Shown: piece after piece, positions 11,301 through 20,502 of the stretch
Layout: every line of letters begins with the position of its first letter
Position numbering within the stretch: the stretch's first letter is position 1
Translations under genes and position numbers: made by a program
Notes under the pieces: model-generated
Told to the model about the DNA's origin: nothing
Seen by the model: the letters and a program-made list of their open reading frames with translations, nothing else
Database searches by the model: none
DNA from: Endomicrobiia bacterium
GTDB taxonomy: Bacteria; Elusimicrobiota; Endomicrobiia; DTEH01
Direction: 5' to 3'
NCBI GenBank assembly: GCA_039630545.1
Contig: JBCNUU010000003.1
Span: 173,512 to 237,511, forward strand
Length of the DNA stretch: 64,000 nucleotides

Positions 11301-12516
11301 AGACACGATAAGTTTTATAATTCCCTTGTATAATGTTCAGTTATTTTCTCCACAAAATCTTCAAACAATTACTGCTTTGCCGATTATTTTTAGCTACTCA
11401 AAGGTAGAACCTATAGTTTTACACGATACGATTACTTATAAAATAGTTTACTCAAGCAGTAACAAATTTGATTTTAAAAATGAAATAAAAACTTTTTCTA
11501 CATTTTACTTGGTCTGTTTACCACCTATTTTACCTGCTACATATTTTTGGTATATAGAAGTCTCAGATTCGCATTTGAACATGTCAAAAAGTCAAATCTA
11601 TAGTTTTATAATTCCTTATATATTGCCACCTCCATTGTTAGATGTTTCTGTTTCTACTTCTTCTGAAGGTTTACTGCTTTCATGGGAAAGTTTAAATTTT
11701 GAAAATTTCTGGTGTTATAGAATATATAAAGGGTATGAAACAGAAAACATGCAACTTATAGGTTCAACAACAGAGCATTTCTTTTTAGATAGATATGGTT
11801 TGCAAGGAGAGTTTTATTATACAATAAAGACAGTAAACCAATTTGGCATTGAAAGTGAAAATAATAAATACATCAAACTTTTAAATGGTAAACAGGTAGA
11901 TTTTTATTTTAGTCAGGATAGAATAGTTACTGTATTAATTCCCAAAACAGAAGGTCTTTCCTGGGTGGATATACAAAAACTTATCCAGTATGAAAACGAA
12001 GTATGTCCTTATGTATATGAAATTTTATCTTCAAAAAACAAAACTGACGATTTTTTTCAAATTCAATTCATAAAACCACAGGGTATTGAAAACTACTCTA
12101 TTCAGTATTATGATGGTAATTTATGGCAAGATATGTTTTCTTATGAAGTTCAAGAAAAAATCACAGTTAATACTCAATATTTAGGCAGGTACCGTTTAGT
12201 GTTACTTCAGGCACCAGATAATAAGAGAATTACCATAATTGGTTGTTCACCCACTAAGAAAATAATTACTCCCAATAATGATGGTTACAATGACTATATA
12301 GAATTCCACTATGAAGTGGGTTCTTACATTATTGGATATTTATACGATGTAAATTTGAAAAAAATCTGTAAATTAAAAAATAAAGATAAAAATATATTAT
12401 ATTTTGATGGAAAAAATGAAGATGGAAATTTTATTCCTCCGGGAATTTATATTTATTACATAACATCACAGTTAGATAATAGAAGTTTCACAGGAACTGT
12501 TGTAATCAAATACTGA
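8308..12516 (+). CDS. Large secreted fibronectin type III repeat protein with T9SS type-B-like (CHU_C/FlgD-Ig) C-terminal domain
   Basis: Signal peptide; about 10 FN3-like units ending in L.(D/N)NTTY(Y/W)W.V...D; C-terminus ITPNNDGYND...FDGKNEDGNFIPPGIYIYYI...FTGTVVIKY. Confidence 0.8.
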   Translation: MFLKLKKFWFLTGLMYFTQILYSLPQPITDLQVVETKFRQIKIKWTSPLSEQPILYYQIRVSTYRVLTTEDDWNNNSTETSYPYIVEIETYSLQGQTISYTFTNLENFKTYFFAIKSSTSSNKVPLSSIDNNPFRPYAQPVNHAPYWLEIAPVWPAYGVLVTSNNFVGFDFKDAYDEDLNYGDSLKYELYYSTKASALFGSTPPLLTGAYIGSVFGVTTSYVQILANNFSDNTTYYWRVKVIDYEEKFSWSIDNSDICRFIINHTPEVPSTFTLILPYYGKKIQEVTDGVFFDWTEPADNDPFDRFTYSLYMSSQSQNSGFSLVAGDIDWSSYTLSSIFGSNWVENQKYFWFVKAKDSYSLTSYSLTYYFVINSYEEPPYNNSLITPGTTVYFPFDVYNPAHVLFTLKPTFYWTASSDIDLETTIYYQLFISSFSSNPDELNSLFYTISPIFTTYYYLSLDVLKNNTTYYWQVRIWDEPYSGYAVYSSSPFWFFTCTTNTPPKAAILKKPPDNFTTSYFYPKFEWDTGKDEGFNASISSQAFILWNNFETIYLAGLSKNTSFYIHSVALRNNTTYFWQVITYDNGYPPPQLSSGSAIFSFYIKNSSPLAFNLISPLKAQIVQTQNIQIFWEEALEPDSEPVTYKVIYSSDNFLSLTSSDGIKTTNFIIPNLKDNTTYWWYVCAYDVWGFRSFSSTFYFIVDNISQNPLGFNLVSPQNNFLSLYPSVTFYWQSTSDPDPFESVSYEVIISTELSLTPVYFSTKTENTYFYADEKILNINTTYYWTVVAISSRSGQSFASNGPFKFSVYNTAPTRPILIFPLDKQIITKSSCTLSWSRCVDLQNDEFYYELYISTNNINFEKFYLSSVQNEFQVNLIDDTTYWWYVVVVDTFNNKNHSDTSVFYTSYYNIAPAKPKILQPVDAQLVNLPYIIRWSSCSDSDIFDRVNYRIEISTDENFFYKVIVNSQPHTSYLLEEFKLSFGTYYLRVIAYDTSIYESYSDTISFIIPLYNVQLFSPQNLQTITALPIIFSYSKVEPIVLHDTITYKIVYSSSNKFDFKNEIKTFSTFYLVCLPPILPATYFWYIEVSDSHLNMSKSQIYSFIIPYILPPPLLDVSVSTSSEGLLLSWESLNFENFWCYRIYKGYETENMQLIGSTTEHFFLDRYGLQGEFYYTIKTVNQFGIESENNKYIKLLNGKQVDFYFSQDRIVTVLIPKTEGLSWVDIQKLIQYENEVCPYVYEILSSKNKTDDFFQIQFIKPQGIENYSIQYYDGNLWQDMFSYEVQEKITVNTQYLGRYRLVLLQAPDNKRITIIGCSPTKKIITPNNDGYNDYIEFHYEVGSYIIGYLYDVNLKKICKLKNKDKNILYFDGKNEDGNFIPPGIYIYYITSQLDNRSFTGTVVIKY

Positions 12517-13949
12517 TGAAAAAGAAAGCTATATTATCTTTTATATTTTTTGTAATTTTTAAAACTGAAATATTTCCTTTTACTGAAATTTCTTTTGTAG
12601 GTTATCCGTTTTCTGTAAATAGTGTAGTTATTAATCCTGCAGCAGCTGGATTGCTTAATAATAAGTTCAATATAGAATTAGGCTATGGATGGTTATATGG
12701 AAATGTTTTAGAAAATGCTTTATATACTACCCAGATAGCTTCTGCAGTAAACTTAAAAAAAGTATTTCTGGGTCTGCTTCAGGAAGCTTTTGTATTAGAA
12801 AATATTTATTCAGAAGAAGTTTATATATTAAATTTTGGATGTAAACTTCTTAATAAAAAAATTTTTTTGGCAAGTGCTTTTAGATATTATGTTTTTAAAT
12901 ATTTCTATGATGAATACTACGAAAACGATCCTTTGAAAGAAGATCGAGTTTTTACATATAATTTTGATTTGGGGTTAATATGTGAACTTTTTAATAATCT
13001 TTTTGTTTCATTAAGCGGTATAAATATATATGAAAACCGACTCGGAAAAGAAATTAATTTTTTGTTGCCTAAAAAGTATATTTTTGCTTTGTTTTATAAA
13101 TATCTTGATGAAGGTTCTTTTAATTTTGAGGTAGATTTTAAACACATACAGATCTCTGACCGGAAACAAAATGAACTAAGTTATAAGTTGGGAATATCTC
13201 AAAGGGTTTTTTCTTTTAGAAATTTTAGTTTTGACTTATCAGCTTTTTTAAGAAAAGACGGAGATTCCTTTGGATTTTTTTTCTCATTTTATAATAAATT
13301 TCTCAATAAGTTAGGGTTAAGATATATATGGGAGTATCCAGTATCTGATATACAAAAGTTTATAGGCAACCATTACATTATTTTAGATTTTGAATTTGGA
13401 AAAAAAACACAACCTGTTATAGAAGAAAAGTCTCTTACAGAAAAGAAAACATTAAAAGAACAAAAGCAGTCACAACCCGCATCTATAGATGGGAGTTCTT
13501 TATCTAAAGAGCAACTCAAACAAGAAGTTTCAAAACCAGAAATAAAGATATCTACAATTTCACCGAGCTTCAAAGAGTTAGAAACAAAAACATACCAGTT
13601 AACACAAAAATCCACAAATTTCGAAGGGTCTCCGTCTAAAGAAGAAAAAATCGCTTTAGAAAAAAAGCTTTATTTATTAGATGTTTCGACACATCCCTTA
13701 ATTTCAAAAACCACACCTTATAAAGAACCTCAACCTAAAAAAGAACAACTACCACCCACCAAACCACTTGTTTTATATTATAAATTTCCTTTAGCGCATA
13801 AAGTTAAAGAGGGAGAAACTCTTATTAGCATTTCAAAGAAATATTATAATACTGAGAAATACTGGAAAAAGATATACGAAGCAAACAAAGACAAAATAAT
13901 AAAAGGAGTCCCAATAGTAGGGGAGATTTTAATAATTCCTGAGCCTTGA
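12516..13949 (+). CDS. PorP/SprF/PorV-like outer-membrane beta-barrel with C-terminal LysM domain
   Basis: Signal peptide, early NPAAAG motif, alternating aromatic strands ending GNHYIILDFEF, a K/E/P-rich linker, and LysM (HKVKEGETLISISKKYY...W.KIYEAN...LIIP). TGATG overlap with the upstream gene. Confidence 0.7.
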   Translation: MKKKAILSFIFFVIFKTEIFPFTEISFVGYPFSVNSVVINPAAAGLLNNKFNIELGYGWLYGNVLENALYTTQIASAVNLKKVFLGLLQEAFVLENIYSEEVYILNFGCKLLNKKIFLASAFRYYVFKYFYDEYYENDPLKEDRVFTYNFDLGLICELFNNLFVSLSGINIYENRLGKEINFLLPKKYIFALFYKYLDEGSFNFEVDFKHIQISDRKQNELSYKLGISQRVFSFRNFSFDLSAFLRKDGDSFGFFFSFYNKFLNKLGLRYIWEYPVSDIQKFIGNHYIILDFEFGKKTQPVIEEKSLTEKKTLKEQKQSQPASIDGSSLSKEQLKQEVSKPEIKISTISPSFKELETKTYQLTQKSTNFEGSPSKEEKIALEKKLYLLDVSTHPLISKTTPYKEPQPKKEQLPPTKPLVLYYKFPLAHKVKEGETLISISKKYYNTEKYWKKIYEANKDKIIKGVPIVGEILIIPEP

Positions 13950-14074
13950 ATGGAATGTATACATTGGTGTTTTAGATTTATACTAAAATTAAAAGTTTAT
14001 TTACAAAATAATTTTGCTTCTTTAATATCTTTTTGAAAAGTTTTTCAAGAATTTGGAGATTTATTTTTTACTTG

Positions 14075-14103
14075 TTGCTAAATTAAAAAAATTATAGTAA
14101 ATT
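14075..14103 (+). promoter_or_regulatory. Candidate sigma-70 promoter TTGCTA-N17-TAAATT
   Basis: 17-bp spacing in a 187-bp intergenic gap, GGAGGTG RBS downstream, and a near-identical 20-mer upstream of etfB. Confidence 0.4.
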
Positions 14104-14136
14104 ATATTAGATAGTTTTTTACGGAGGTGACTTCTT

Positions 14137-15096
14137 ATGGTAGATGAGGAAGAAAAATTTTATAGCTGGGAGGAAATAGAAAAAGAACTCTCAGAACTTG
14201 AACTTCAGTATGGTGACAGTGACGAAATAGTAAAAAATCTCATAACACCGTCAGTGTCAGCATACTGGAGAAAAAAATTAGAAGAAGAAAAAATTTTATA
14301 TGAAAAAATGCTGCAAACCAAAGAGGAAGAAAAAAAACAGATTTTGTTAAAATTACAACAGCAACAGGAAATAATAGAGGATTTAAAAAAACAAATAGAA
14401 AAGTTAGAACGAGGAGAATACGAAAAGTTAAAAGACAAATACGAAGAACTTAAACTCAAAGAAATAGAGATAGAAAAAGAAAAAGAAAAAATTATCTGGC
14501 AACAACAAATTCAAGGACTTGAGTTTGATAAAAAAATAATTCAGCAAGAAATTGAAAAGACTAAAAGAGAGTATGAACAACAAAAACAGGAGTTGCTTGT
14601 CTACTATAACAGACAATTTAGTTCTTTATTGGAAGTTCAAAATCAACTGCTTGAAGAAACAAATAGTTTAGAACAGGAAATTGACAATATAATTAAAGAA
14701 ACAAAAGAAGAGATTTTAAAAGCAAATAAACAGATAGAAGACTACTCAAAAGAAATAAATAACTTGAAAACGATTATAGAGAGTATAAAACAAGAAAAAG
14801 AAATTATTCTTACAGAAAAAAATAATTTAGTCAAAAAAATAGAAGAAATAAAACAACAATCTTTTCAAGACAAAAGACAACTTTTGACAGCGATAGTTCA
14901 AAATGTTAAAATTTATATAAATGACATAAGAAGTTTATGTGGTTTAATAATAGCTGCTGTTAATTTTATGATGAAACATTCAAAATTTAAAAAATCTGCC
15001 AGATTTCATCAAGAGCTTATTCTTAACACTGTTCAACGGATAATAAGTATCTTGGATGAAATTATTAAGTCAATACTTGAATATCCAATAGTATAA
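14137..15096 (+). CDS. Long coiled-coil protein with degenerate (His-less) HisKA/DHp-like C-terminus
   Basis: E/K/Q heptad-rich body; C-terminal INDIRSLCGLII...ELILNTVQRIISILDEII; strong GGAGGTG RBS. Confidence 0.7.
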   Translation: MVDEEEKFYSWEEIEKELSELELQYGDSDEIVKNLITPSVSAYWRKKLEEEKILYEKMLQTKEEEKKQILLKLQQQQEIIEDLKKQIEKLERGEYEKLKDKYEELKLKEIEIEKEKEKIIWQQQIQGLEFDKKIIQQEIEKTKREYEQQKQELLVYYNRQFSSLLEVQNQLLEETNSLEQEIDNIIKETKEEILKANKQIEDYSKEINNLKTIIESIKQEKEIILTEKNNLVKKIEEIKQQSFQDKRQLLTAIVQNVKIYINDIRSLCGLIIAAVNFMMKHSKFKKSARFHQELILNTVQRIISILDEIIKSILEYPIV

Positions 15097-15098
15097 AA

Positions 15099-16247
15099 AT
15101 GGATGAAAAATTATTATTTGTTTATTCTAAAGAAAAAAGGATATACCTTCCTGAAGTTTTATTTAAAGAATACCAAATAAGAGCGATACCTTCTAACTTA
15201 AAAATATCAAGAGAAATTCTTGAATATAAACCACAGATAATATTATTAGATGAATTTGTACAGTTTGGGTTAGCGAAAAAAATATGTAACAGGTTTAAAT
15301 TTATACCGATTGGAATAGTAGGATACTTTGAAAAACCCAAAAAAATTGAAAATTTTTTAGAGTTAGGCGTGAATATAATAAATCTTAATCAGCCTCAAGA
15401 AGAGATAAATTCAACCATAAAAAATCTTTTATGGTTTTCTTTGTCAAAACAAGAGATATGGGATGAAGAATATAAAATTTCTAAAAGTGAGAACATAAAA
15501 GAGAAAATCTGGAACATTTCTAAAATTTTTATTGAAATATTTGTGATTTTATTATTAGTAGTAGGTGTACCTAAACTTTACAATTTTATTATTTCGCACA
15601 AAAAACTTTTTTATGAGTTAGATGTTGGTTATATCACTGCATGTGATGTATGTATTGTGGGAGATAGATACATACTTAACGATTGGACATTGAGAAATTT
15701 ATTTGAATATGGACAAACAAATGATAAGCTTCTTAAGATGTATGTTCCGCAGGAGCAAATAAATTCTTTATCTGTTAATCACAGCTATGCTGTAGCATTT
15801 TCTATGTTTACAGAGAAGATTTATTTATATAAATATCCTGAGTTTTCTTTGATTACATCTACAGAGCTGTTAAAAAATACAACAGTTTTGTCTATTTATA
15901 TAGATGAAAACAATCACCTTTATCTTTTAGACAATAAATCCGCATTTTATGAATTTGTAATAAAAGATAATAGATTTGTTTTTATTTCATCCTTTGTAAT
16001 AAAGGAAATTTTTCCTTTGGATGTTGTAGTGAAAAATGAAGATATCTATATTCTTGACAATGCGAATAATATACATAGATTGAAAAAAAATAGTTATAAA
16101 AAAGAAAAAACTATAGTTTTTTCTCAATTTTTTGATATTAAACAATATAAATTCAGCTCATTTGCTTTTAGTGAAAGGTGGCTTTATTTAGTAAGTGAAA
16201 AAGATAAAAAAGTATTTAAGTTACCTACTAATATCTTGAAAATATAA
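15099..16247 (+). CDS. Membrane protein: receiver-like N-terminus, one TM helix, C-terminal beta-propeller-like domain
   Basis: KPQIILLD receiver-like motif, TM IFIEIFVILLLVVGVP, NHL-like blades (LSIYIDENNHLYLLD, PLDVVVKNEDIYILD). Confidence 0.65.
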   Translation: MDEKLLFVYSKEKRIYLPEVLFKEYQIRAIPSNLKISREILEYKPQIILLDEFVQFGLAKKICNRFKFIPIGIVGYFEKPKKIENFLELGVNIINLNQPQEEINSTIKNLLWFSLSKQEIWDEEYKISKSENIKEKIWNISKIFIEIFVILLLVVGVPKLYNFIISHKKLFYELDVGYITACDVCIVGDRYILNDWTLRNLFEYGQTNDKLLKMYVPQEQINSLSVNHSYAVAFSMFTEKIYLYKYPEFSLITSTELLKNTTVLSIYIDENNHLYLLDNKSAFYEFVIKDNRFVFISSFVIKEIFPLDVVVKNEDIYILDNANNIHRLKKNSYKKEKTIVFSQFFDIKQYKFSSFAFSERWLYLVSEKDKKVFKLPTNILKI

Positions 16248-16277
16248 AAGCAAAAAACTGAAAGGAGTAAAATTAAA

Positions 16278-17531
16278 ATGCAGTTATCTCATCTTAAAAA
16301 GACAGATATAGAAATTTATGAAGCCTTAAAACAAGAACTTCAAAGACAAAGAGAAAATCTTGAGTTAATAGCTTCAGAAAACTTTCCATCTTTAGCAGTT
16401 TTAGAAACACAAGGTTCTATTATGGGAAACAAATATGCGGAGGGATATCCCTCTAAACGATATTATGGTGGATGTCAGTATATGGATGTAGTAGAAACAA
16501 TAGCAATTGAAAGAGCAAAACTTTTGTTCCATGCAGAACATGCTAATGTTCAACCTCATAGTGGTACACAGGCTAATATGGCTGTGTATTTTGCTGTTCT
16601 TAATCCTGGGGACACTATAATGGGTATGCATCTTTCTCATGGAGGTCATCTTTCTCATGGACACCCAGCAAGTTTTTCAGGAAGATACTACAAAGTTGTC
16701 CCCATAAATGTAAGAAAAAAAGATCATCTTATTGATTACAAAGAAATAGAAAAACTAGCTAAAAAATATAAACCAAAACTTATTGTAGCTGGTTCTTCTT
16801 CTTATTCAAGAGTTATAGACTGGGAAAAGTTCAGGGAAATATGTGATGAAATTAATGCTTATTTACTTGCTGATGTGGCACATTATGCTGGTCTTATTGC
16901 AGCTGGACTTTATCCTTCACCAGTACCTTATGCTGATTTTGTTACTTTTACAACTCACAAGACATTGCGTGGTCCAAGAGGTGCTATAATTTTGTGTAAA
17001 AAAAAGTTTGCGCATTTAATAGATAGAATGATTTTTCCTGGGATTCAAGGAGGGCCAATGATGCATACAATTGCTGCTAAAGCTGTGGCTTTAAAAGAAG
17101 CTATGACAGAAGAGTTTAAGTTATATCAAGCAAATGTGTTATCTAACGCCAGAACATTAGCAGAAGAGCTTGCAAAAAAAGGTTTCAAGATTGTTTCTGG
17201 ACAAACAGATTGTCATATGTTTTTAGTTGATCTAACTAATTTTAAAATTACGGGCCTAGAGGCACAAAATATTTTAGAAGCAGCTGGTATTACAGTTAAT
17301 AAGAATTCTATACCCTATGATCCTAAACCTCCAGCTGAGACATCTGGAATAAGGATAGGCACACCAGCTGTGACTACAAGAGGTATGAAGCAAAAAGAAA
17401 TGGTAATAATTGCTGAGTTAATAGAAAAAGTTATAAAATCTCGCGGAAGCAAGAATGTAACTTCTTATGTTAGAAATAAAGTTAAGTTACTTTTAGAAAA
17501 ATTCCCTCTATATAAAGAGTTAAACTATTAA
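16278..17531 (+). CDS. glyA: Serine hydroxymethyltransferase
   Basis: [61 protein letters not shown]. Confidence 0.98.
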   Translation: MQLSHLKKTDIEIYEALKQELQRQRENLELIASENFPSLAVLETQGSIMGNKYAEGYPSKRYYGGCQYMDVVETIAIERAKLLFHAEHANVQPHSGTQANMAVYFAVLNPGDTIMGMHLSHGGHLSHGHPASFSGRYYKVVPINVRKKDHLIDYKEIEKLAKKYKPKLIVAGSSSYSRVIDWEKFREICDEINAYLLADVAHYAGLIAAGLYPSPVPYADFVTFTTHKTLRGPRGAIILCKKKFAHLIDRMIFPGIQGGPMMHTIAAKAVALKEAMTEEFKLYQANVLSNARTLAEELAKKGFKIVSGQTDCHMFLVDLTNFKITGLEAQNILEAAGITVNKNSIPYDPKPPAETSGIRIGTPAVTTRGMKQKEMVIIAELIEKVIKSRGSKNVTSYVRNKVKLLLEKFPLYKELNY

Positions 17532-17544
17532 ACTTAGCTAACTT

Positions 17545-18588
17545 ATGTTTAAAATATATCTAACAGGTGTTATCTTATCATTTATTTTTTCAGTTTTTTT
17601 GGTTCCTTTTTCAAATTTTCTTGCAAAGAAATTTGGAATTTATGACCGCCCATCTAAAAGAAAACTAAAATATAGAAAACTTACAAGATGGGCAGGTTTT
17701 GGAATGTTTTTAGCATTTTTTTTATCTTTAGTAGTTTTAATAAAAATCTTTCCAGAGCTAAAAGATATTTTAAATTATAAATATACAATAGATTGGGAAG
17801 AATATAAAGAGACAATAAGTATTTCAAAGCAGCTTTTAGGAATATTTTTTGCATCTTTACTTGTAGTCATAGTAGGAAGTATTGACGACAAATTTGGGCT
17901 TTCGGCAGGTGTAAAATTTTTATTTCAGGTAATAACAGCATATTGTGCTATAGATTACGGTGTAAGAATTTTAGGAATAACTTTTCCATTCAATGATAGA
18001 TTTATTGCTTTTCCCAGAATTATAAGTCAGATTGTTACAATTATTTGGCTGTGTAGTTTTATGAATATGATAAATCTTATAGATGGTATTGATGGATTAG
18101 CTGGAGGAATCGTTTTGATTTCAAGTTTTGCATTTTTTATTATTTCGGTTTTACAACAACAAATGATATCCTCAATTATTTCAAATCAATTGATTTTATC
18201 TTCTTTGTTAAGTCTAATTTTGTGTGGAACAGTTGGTGGTTTTTTAGTTTACAATTTTTATCCAGCAAAACTTTTTATGGGTGATACAGGTGCGTTATTT
18301 TTAGGTTTACTTGTAGGGTGTATTACTACTGTAGGGACATTAAAAACAGGTGCTTTGTTGTCTTTTGTTATACCTGTAATTATAGCAGGTGTTCCATTTT
18401 TGGATGTGGCTATGACTATAATAAGAAGAATAAAGAAAAAAGTTAGTATAGGTCTGGCTGACAGACATCATATCCATCATATACTGTTATCTTATGGCTG
18501 GACAGAAAGAGAAGTTGTTTTGTTTTTCTATGTTATAAGTTTATTTTTGTCAATAATTTCTATTTCGATATTAGCGCTTAGGAGGTAA
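17545..18588 (+). CDS. wecA: WecA/TagO-type undecaprenyl-phosphate GlcNAc-1-P transferase (MraY family)
   Basis: GSIDDK, NMINLIDGIDGLA, YNFYPAKLFMGDTG, DRHHIHH; multi-TM. Confidence 0.85.
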   Translation: MFKIYLTGVILSFIFSVFLVPFSNFLAKKFGIYDRPSKRKLKYRKLTRWAGFGMFLAFFLSLVVLIKIFPELKDILNYKYTIDWEEYKETISISKQLLGIFFASLLVVIVGSIDDKFGLSAGVKFLFQVITAYCAIDYGVRILGITFPFNDRFIAFPRIISQIVTIIWLCSFMNMINLIDGIDGLAGGIVLISSFAFFIISVLQQQMISSIISNQLILSSLLSLILCGTVGGFLVYNFYPAKLFMGDTGALFLGLLVGCITTVGTLKTGALLSFVIPVIIAGVPFLDVAMTIIRRIKKKVSIGLADRHHIHHILLSYGWTEREVVLFFYVISLFLSIISISILALRR

Positions 18589-18600
18589 TTAAACATAAAA

Positions 18601-19899
18601 ATGAATAAAAAATGGAATTTTTGGATTAACAAAATTAAACAATTAAAAGAAACATCTTATAAATTCTCTAGTATTTCTGAAGAAGTTATAAATGAACTTC
18701 TAAAAAAAATAAAGGAAAATCTTTTTCAAAATAAATCTGCAATAATAAATGCTAATTTAAAAGACATACAACTTGCAAAAAAATTAAAACTTTCTTCAGC
18801 TTTGATTGATAGATTGACACTTAATGATAAAAGATTTAAAGAAATGTTAGACGGTATAGATACAGTAATATCATTACCTTCTCCAATAAATAAAACACTG
18901 AAAGAATGGAAAAGAAATCTTTCTGGTGGAGAAATTACTATTAAGAAAGTTAGTGTTCCTTTAGGAGTTGTTTTAATGGTGTATGAATCAAGACCAAATG
19001 TAACAGTTGATGCAACTGTACTATGTATTAAATCAGGCAATTGTGTTATTCTTAGAGGAGGTTCTGAGACAATTAATACTAATAAAGAGTTAGTAAAAGT
19101 AATAAATTTGTCTGTTAAAGAAATCTGGAAAAAGTTTAATTTAGAGCTATCACCTGAAATAGTCCTTTTTATTGATGAAAAATCCTACGAATTCTTATAT
19201 GAAATTTTAAAATTAGACAGATACATAGATTTAGTAATTCCTCGTGGTGGAGAAAAGATGGTTAATTCTATAAAAGAAAAATCTTTAATACCTGTAATTT
19301 CTCATGGTAGTGGAGTATGTCATACTTATGTTGATAGCTCAGCAGATATAGAAGTAGCTTTAAAAGTATGTCTTAATGCTAAAGTTCAAAGGCCATCAGT
19401 ATGTAATGCCATGGAAACACTTTTGGTTCATAAAGATATAGCAGAGGATTTCTTACCTAAAATGGCAGAGCTTTACATTAAACACAATGTAGAGCTTCGA
19501 GGTTGTCAACAAACTTTTAATTTATTAAAAAAATACAATATTAAAATAAAAAAAGCAAAAAAAGATGATTTTGGAAAAGAATATCTAGATTATATACTTG
19601 CAATTAAAATTGTAAAAGATATAGATGAAGCAATATATCATATAAATAATTATGGTTCCCATCATTCAGATGCCATAATAACTAAAGATGAGTATGCTCA
19701 ACAAAAGTTTAATAAAGAGGTGGATTCTTCTGCCATATTTATAAATTCGTCAACCAGACTTCATGATGGAGGAGTTTTTGGTTTTGGTAGTGAGATTGGT
19801 ATATCTACTTCTAAATTGCACGCTAGAGGAACGATGGGAATAAATGAGCTTACTACAACCAAGTATATAGTTGTTGGAGAAGGAGCAATAAGAGAATAG
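18601..19899 (+). CDS. proA: Gamma-glutamyl phosphate reductase
   Basis: VPLGVV..YESRPNVT, ILRGGSE, VIPRGG, CNAMETLLVH, GSHHSDAI, EIGISTSKLHARG. Confidence 0.97.
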   Translation: MNKKWNFWINKIKQLKETSYKFSSISEEVINELLKKIKENLFQNKSAIINANLKDIQLAKKLKLSSALIDRLTLNDKRFKEMLDGIDTVISLPSPINKTLKEWKRNLSGGEITIKKVSVPLGVVLMVYESRPNVTVDATVLCIKSGNCVILRGGSETINTNKELVKVINLSVKEIWKKFNLELSPEIVLFIDEKSYEFLYEILKLDRYIDLVIPRGGEKMVNSIKEKSLIPVISHGSGVCHTYVDSSADIEVALKVCLNAKVQRPSVCNAMETLLVHKDIAEDFLPKMAELYIKHNVELRGCQQTFNLLKKYNIKIKKAKKDDFGKEYLDYILAIKIVKDIDEAIYHINNYGSHHSDAIITKDEYAQQKFNKEVDSSAIFINSSTRLHDGGVFGFGSEIGISTSKLHARGTMGINELTTTKYIVVGEGAIRE

Positions 19900-19905
19900 A
19901 CTGCT

Positions 19906-20502
19906 ATGAGTTTTACTAAAAATATAATTCTTTTTGGTGGTACATTTGATCCGGTTCATATAGGACATTTAATTTTAGCACAATCTGCCTTTGAATTTAT
20001 TTGTGCGCAAAAAGTAATATTTATTCCTTGTTATAAACCGCCTCATAAAATCGGTTTTGAATTATCTAACTGGCAACATAGAGTTAATATGCTGAAGCTT
20101 TCTATTAAAGGAATCAAGCACTTTGAATTAAGTTTATTTGAAATTAGGCAAAAAAGAATATCTTATACCTATATCACTGTAGATTTTTTTTCTCAGAAAT
20201 TCCGAGATTATAATCTATACTTTTTGATAGGTTTTGATTCTTTGTTATCTTTGCCTACCTGGGAAAGATGGCAGCAAATATTACAAAAAGTTTATTTTCT
20301 TGTAGGTGAGAGGAATGTTGATAAAGCTTCGATGGAAAAGCTACCTGACATAATTATTAAGAAAGTGGTTTTTTTTAAATCACCAATAATTGAAGTTTCA
20401 TCCAGTATGATAAGAGAAAGAATAAAAAATAAACTTTCTATAAAATATTTTGTGAGTCCTTCTGTGGAGAAATACATAATTAATAAAAAATTATATCTAT
20501 GA
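19906..20502 (+). CDS. nadD: Nicotinate-nucleotide adenylyltransferase
   Basis: FGGTFDPVHIGH, PPHK, SYTY.T, FLIG.D, VSSSMIR. Confidence 0.95.
   Translation: MSFTKNIILFGGTFDPVHIGHLILAQSAFEFICAQKVIFIPCYKPPHKIGFELSNWQHRVNMLKLSIKGIKHFELSLFEIRQKRISYTYITVDFFSQKFRDYNLYFLIGFDSLLSLPTWERWQQILQKVYFLVGERNVDKASMEKLPDIIIKKVVFFKSPIIEVSSSMIRERIKNKLSIKYFVSPSVEKYIINKKLYL

Noticed and set aside
14075..14080. TTGC motifs (also at 51633) considered as sigma-54 -12 boxes or Rex sites
   Set aside because: No GG at the -24 position and no matching palindromic half-site.
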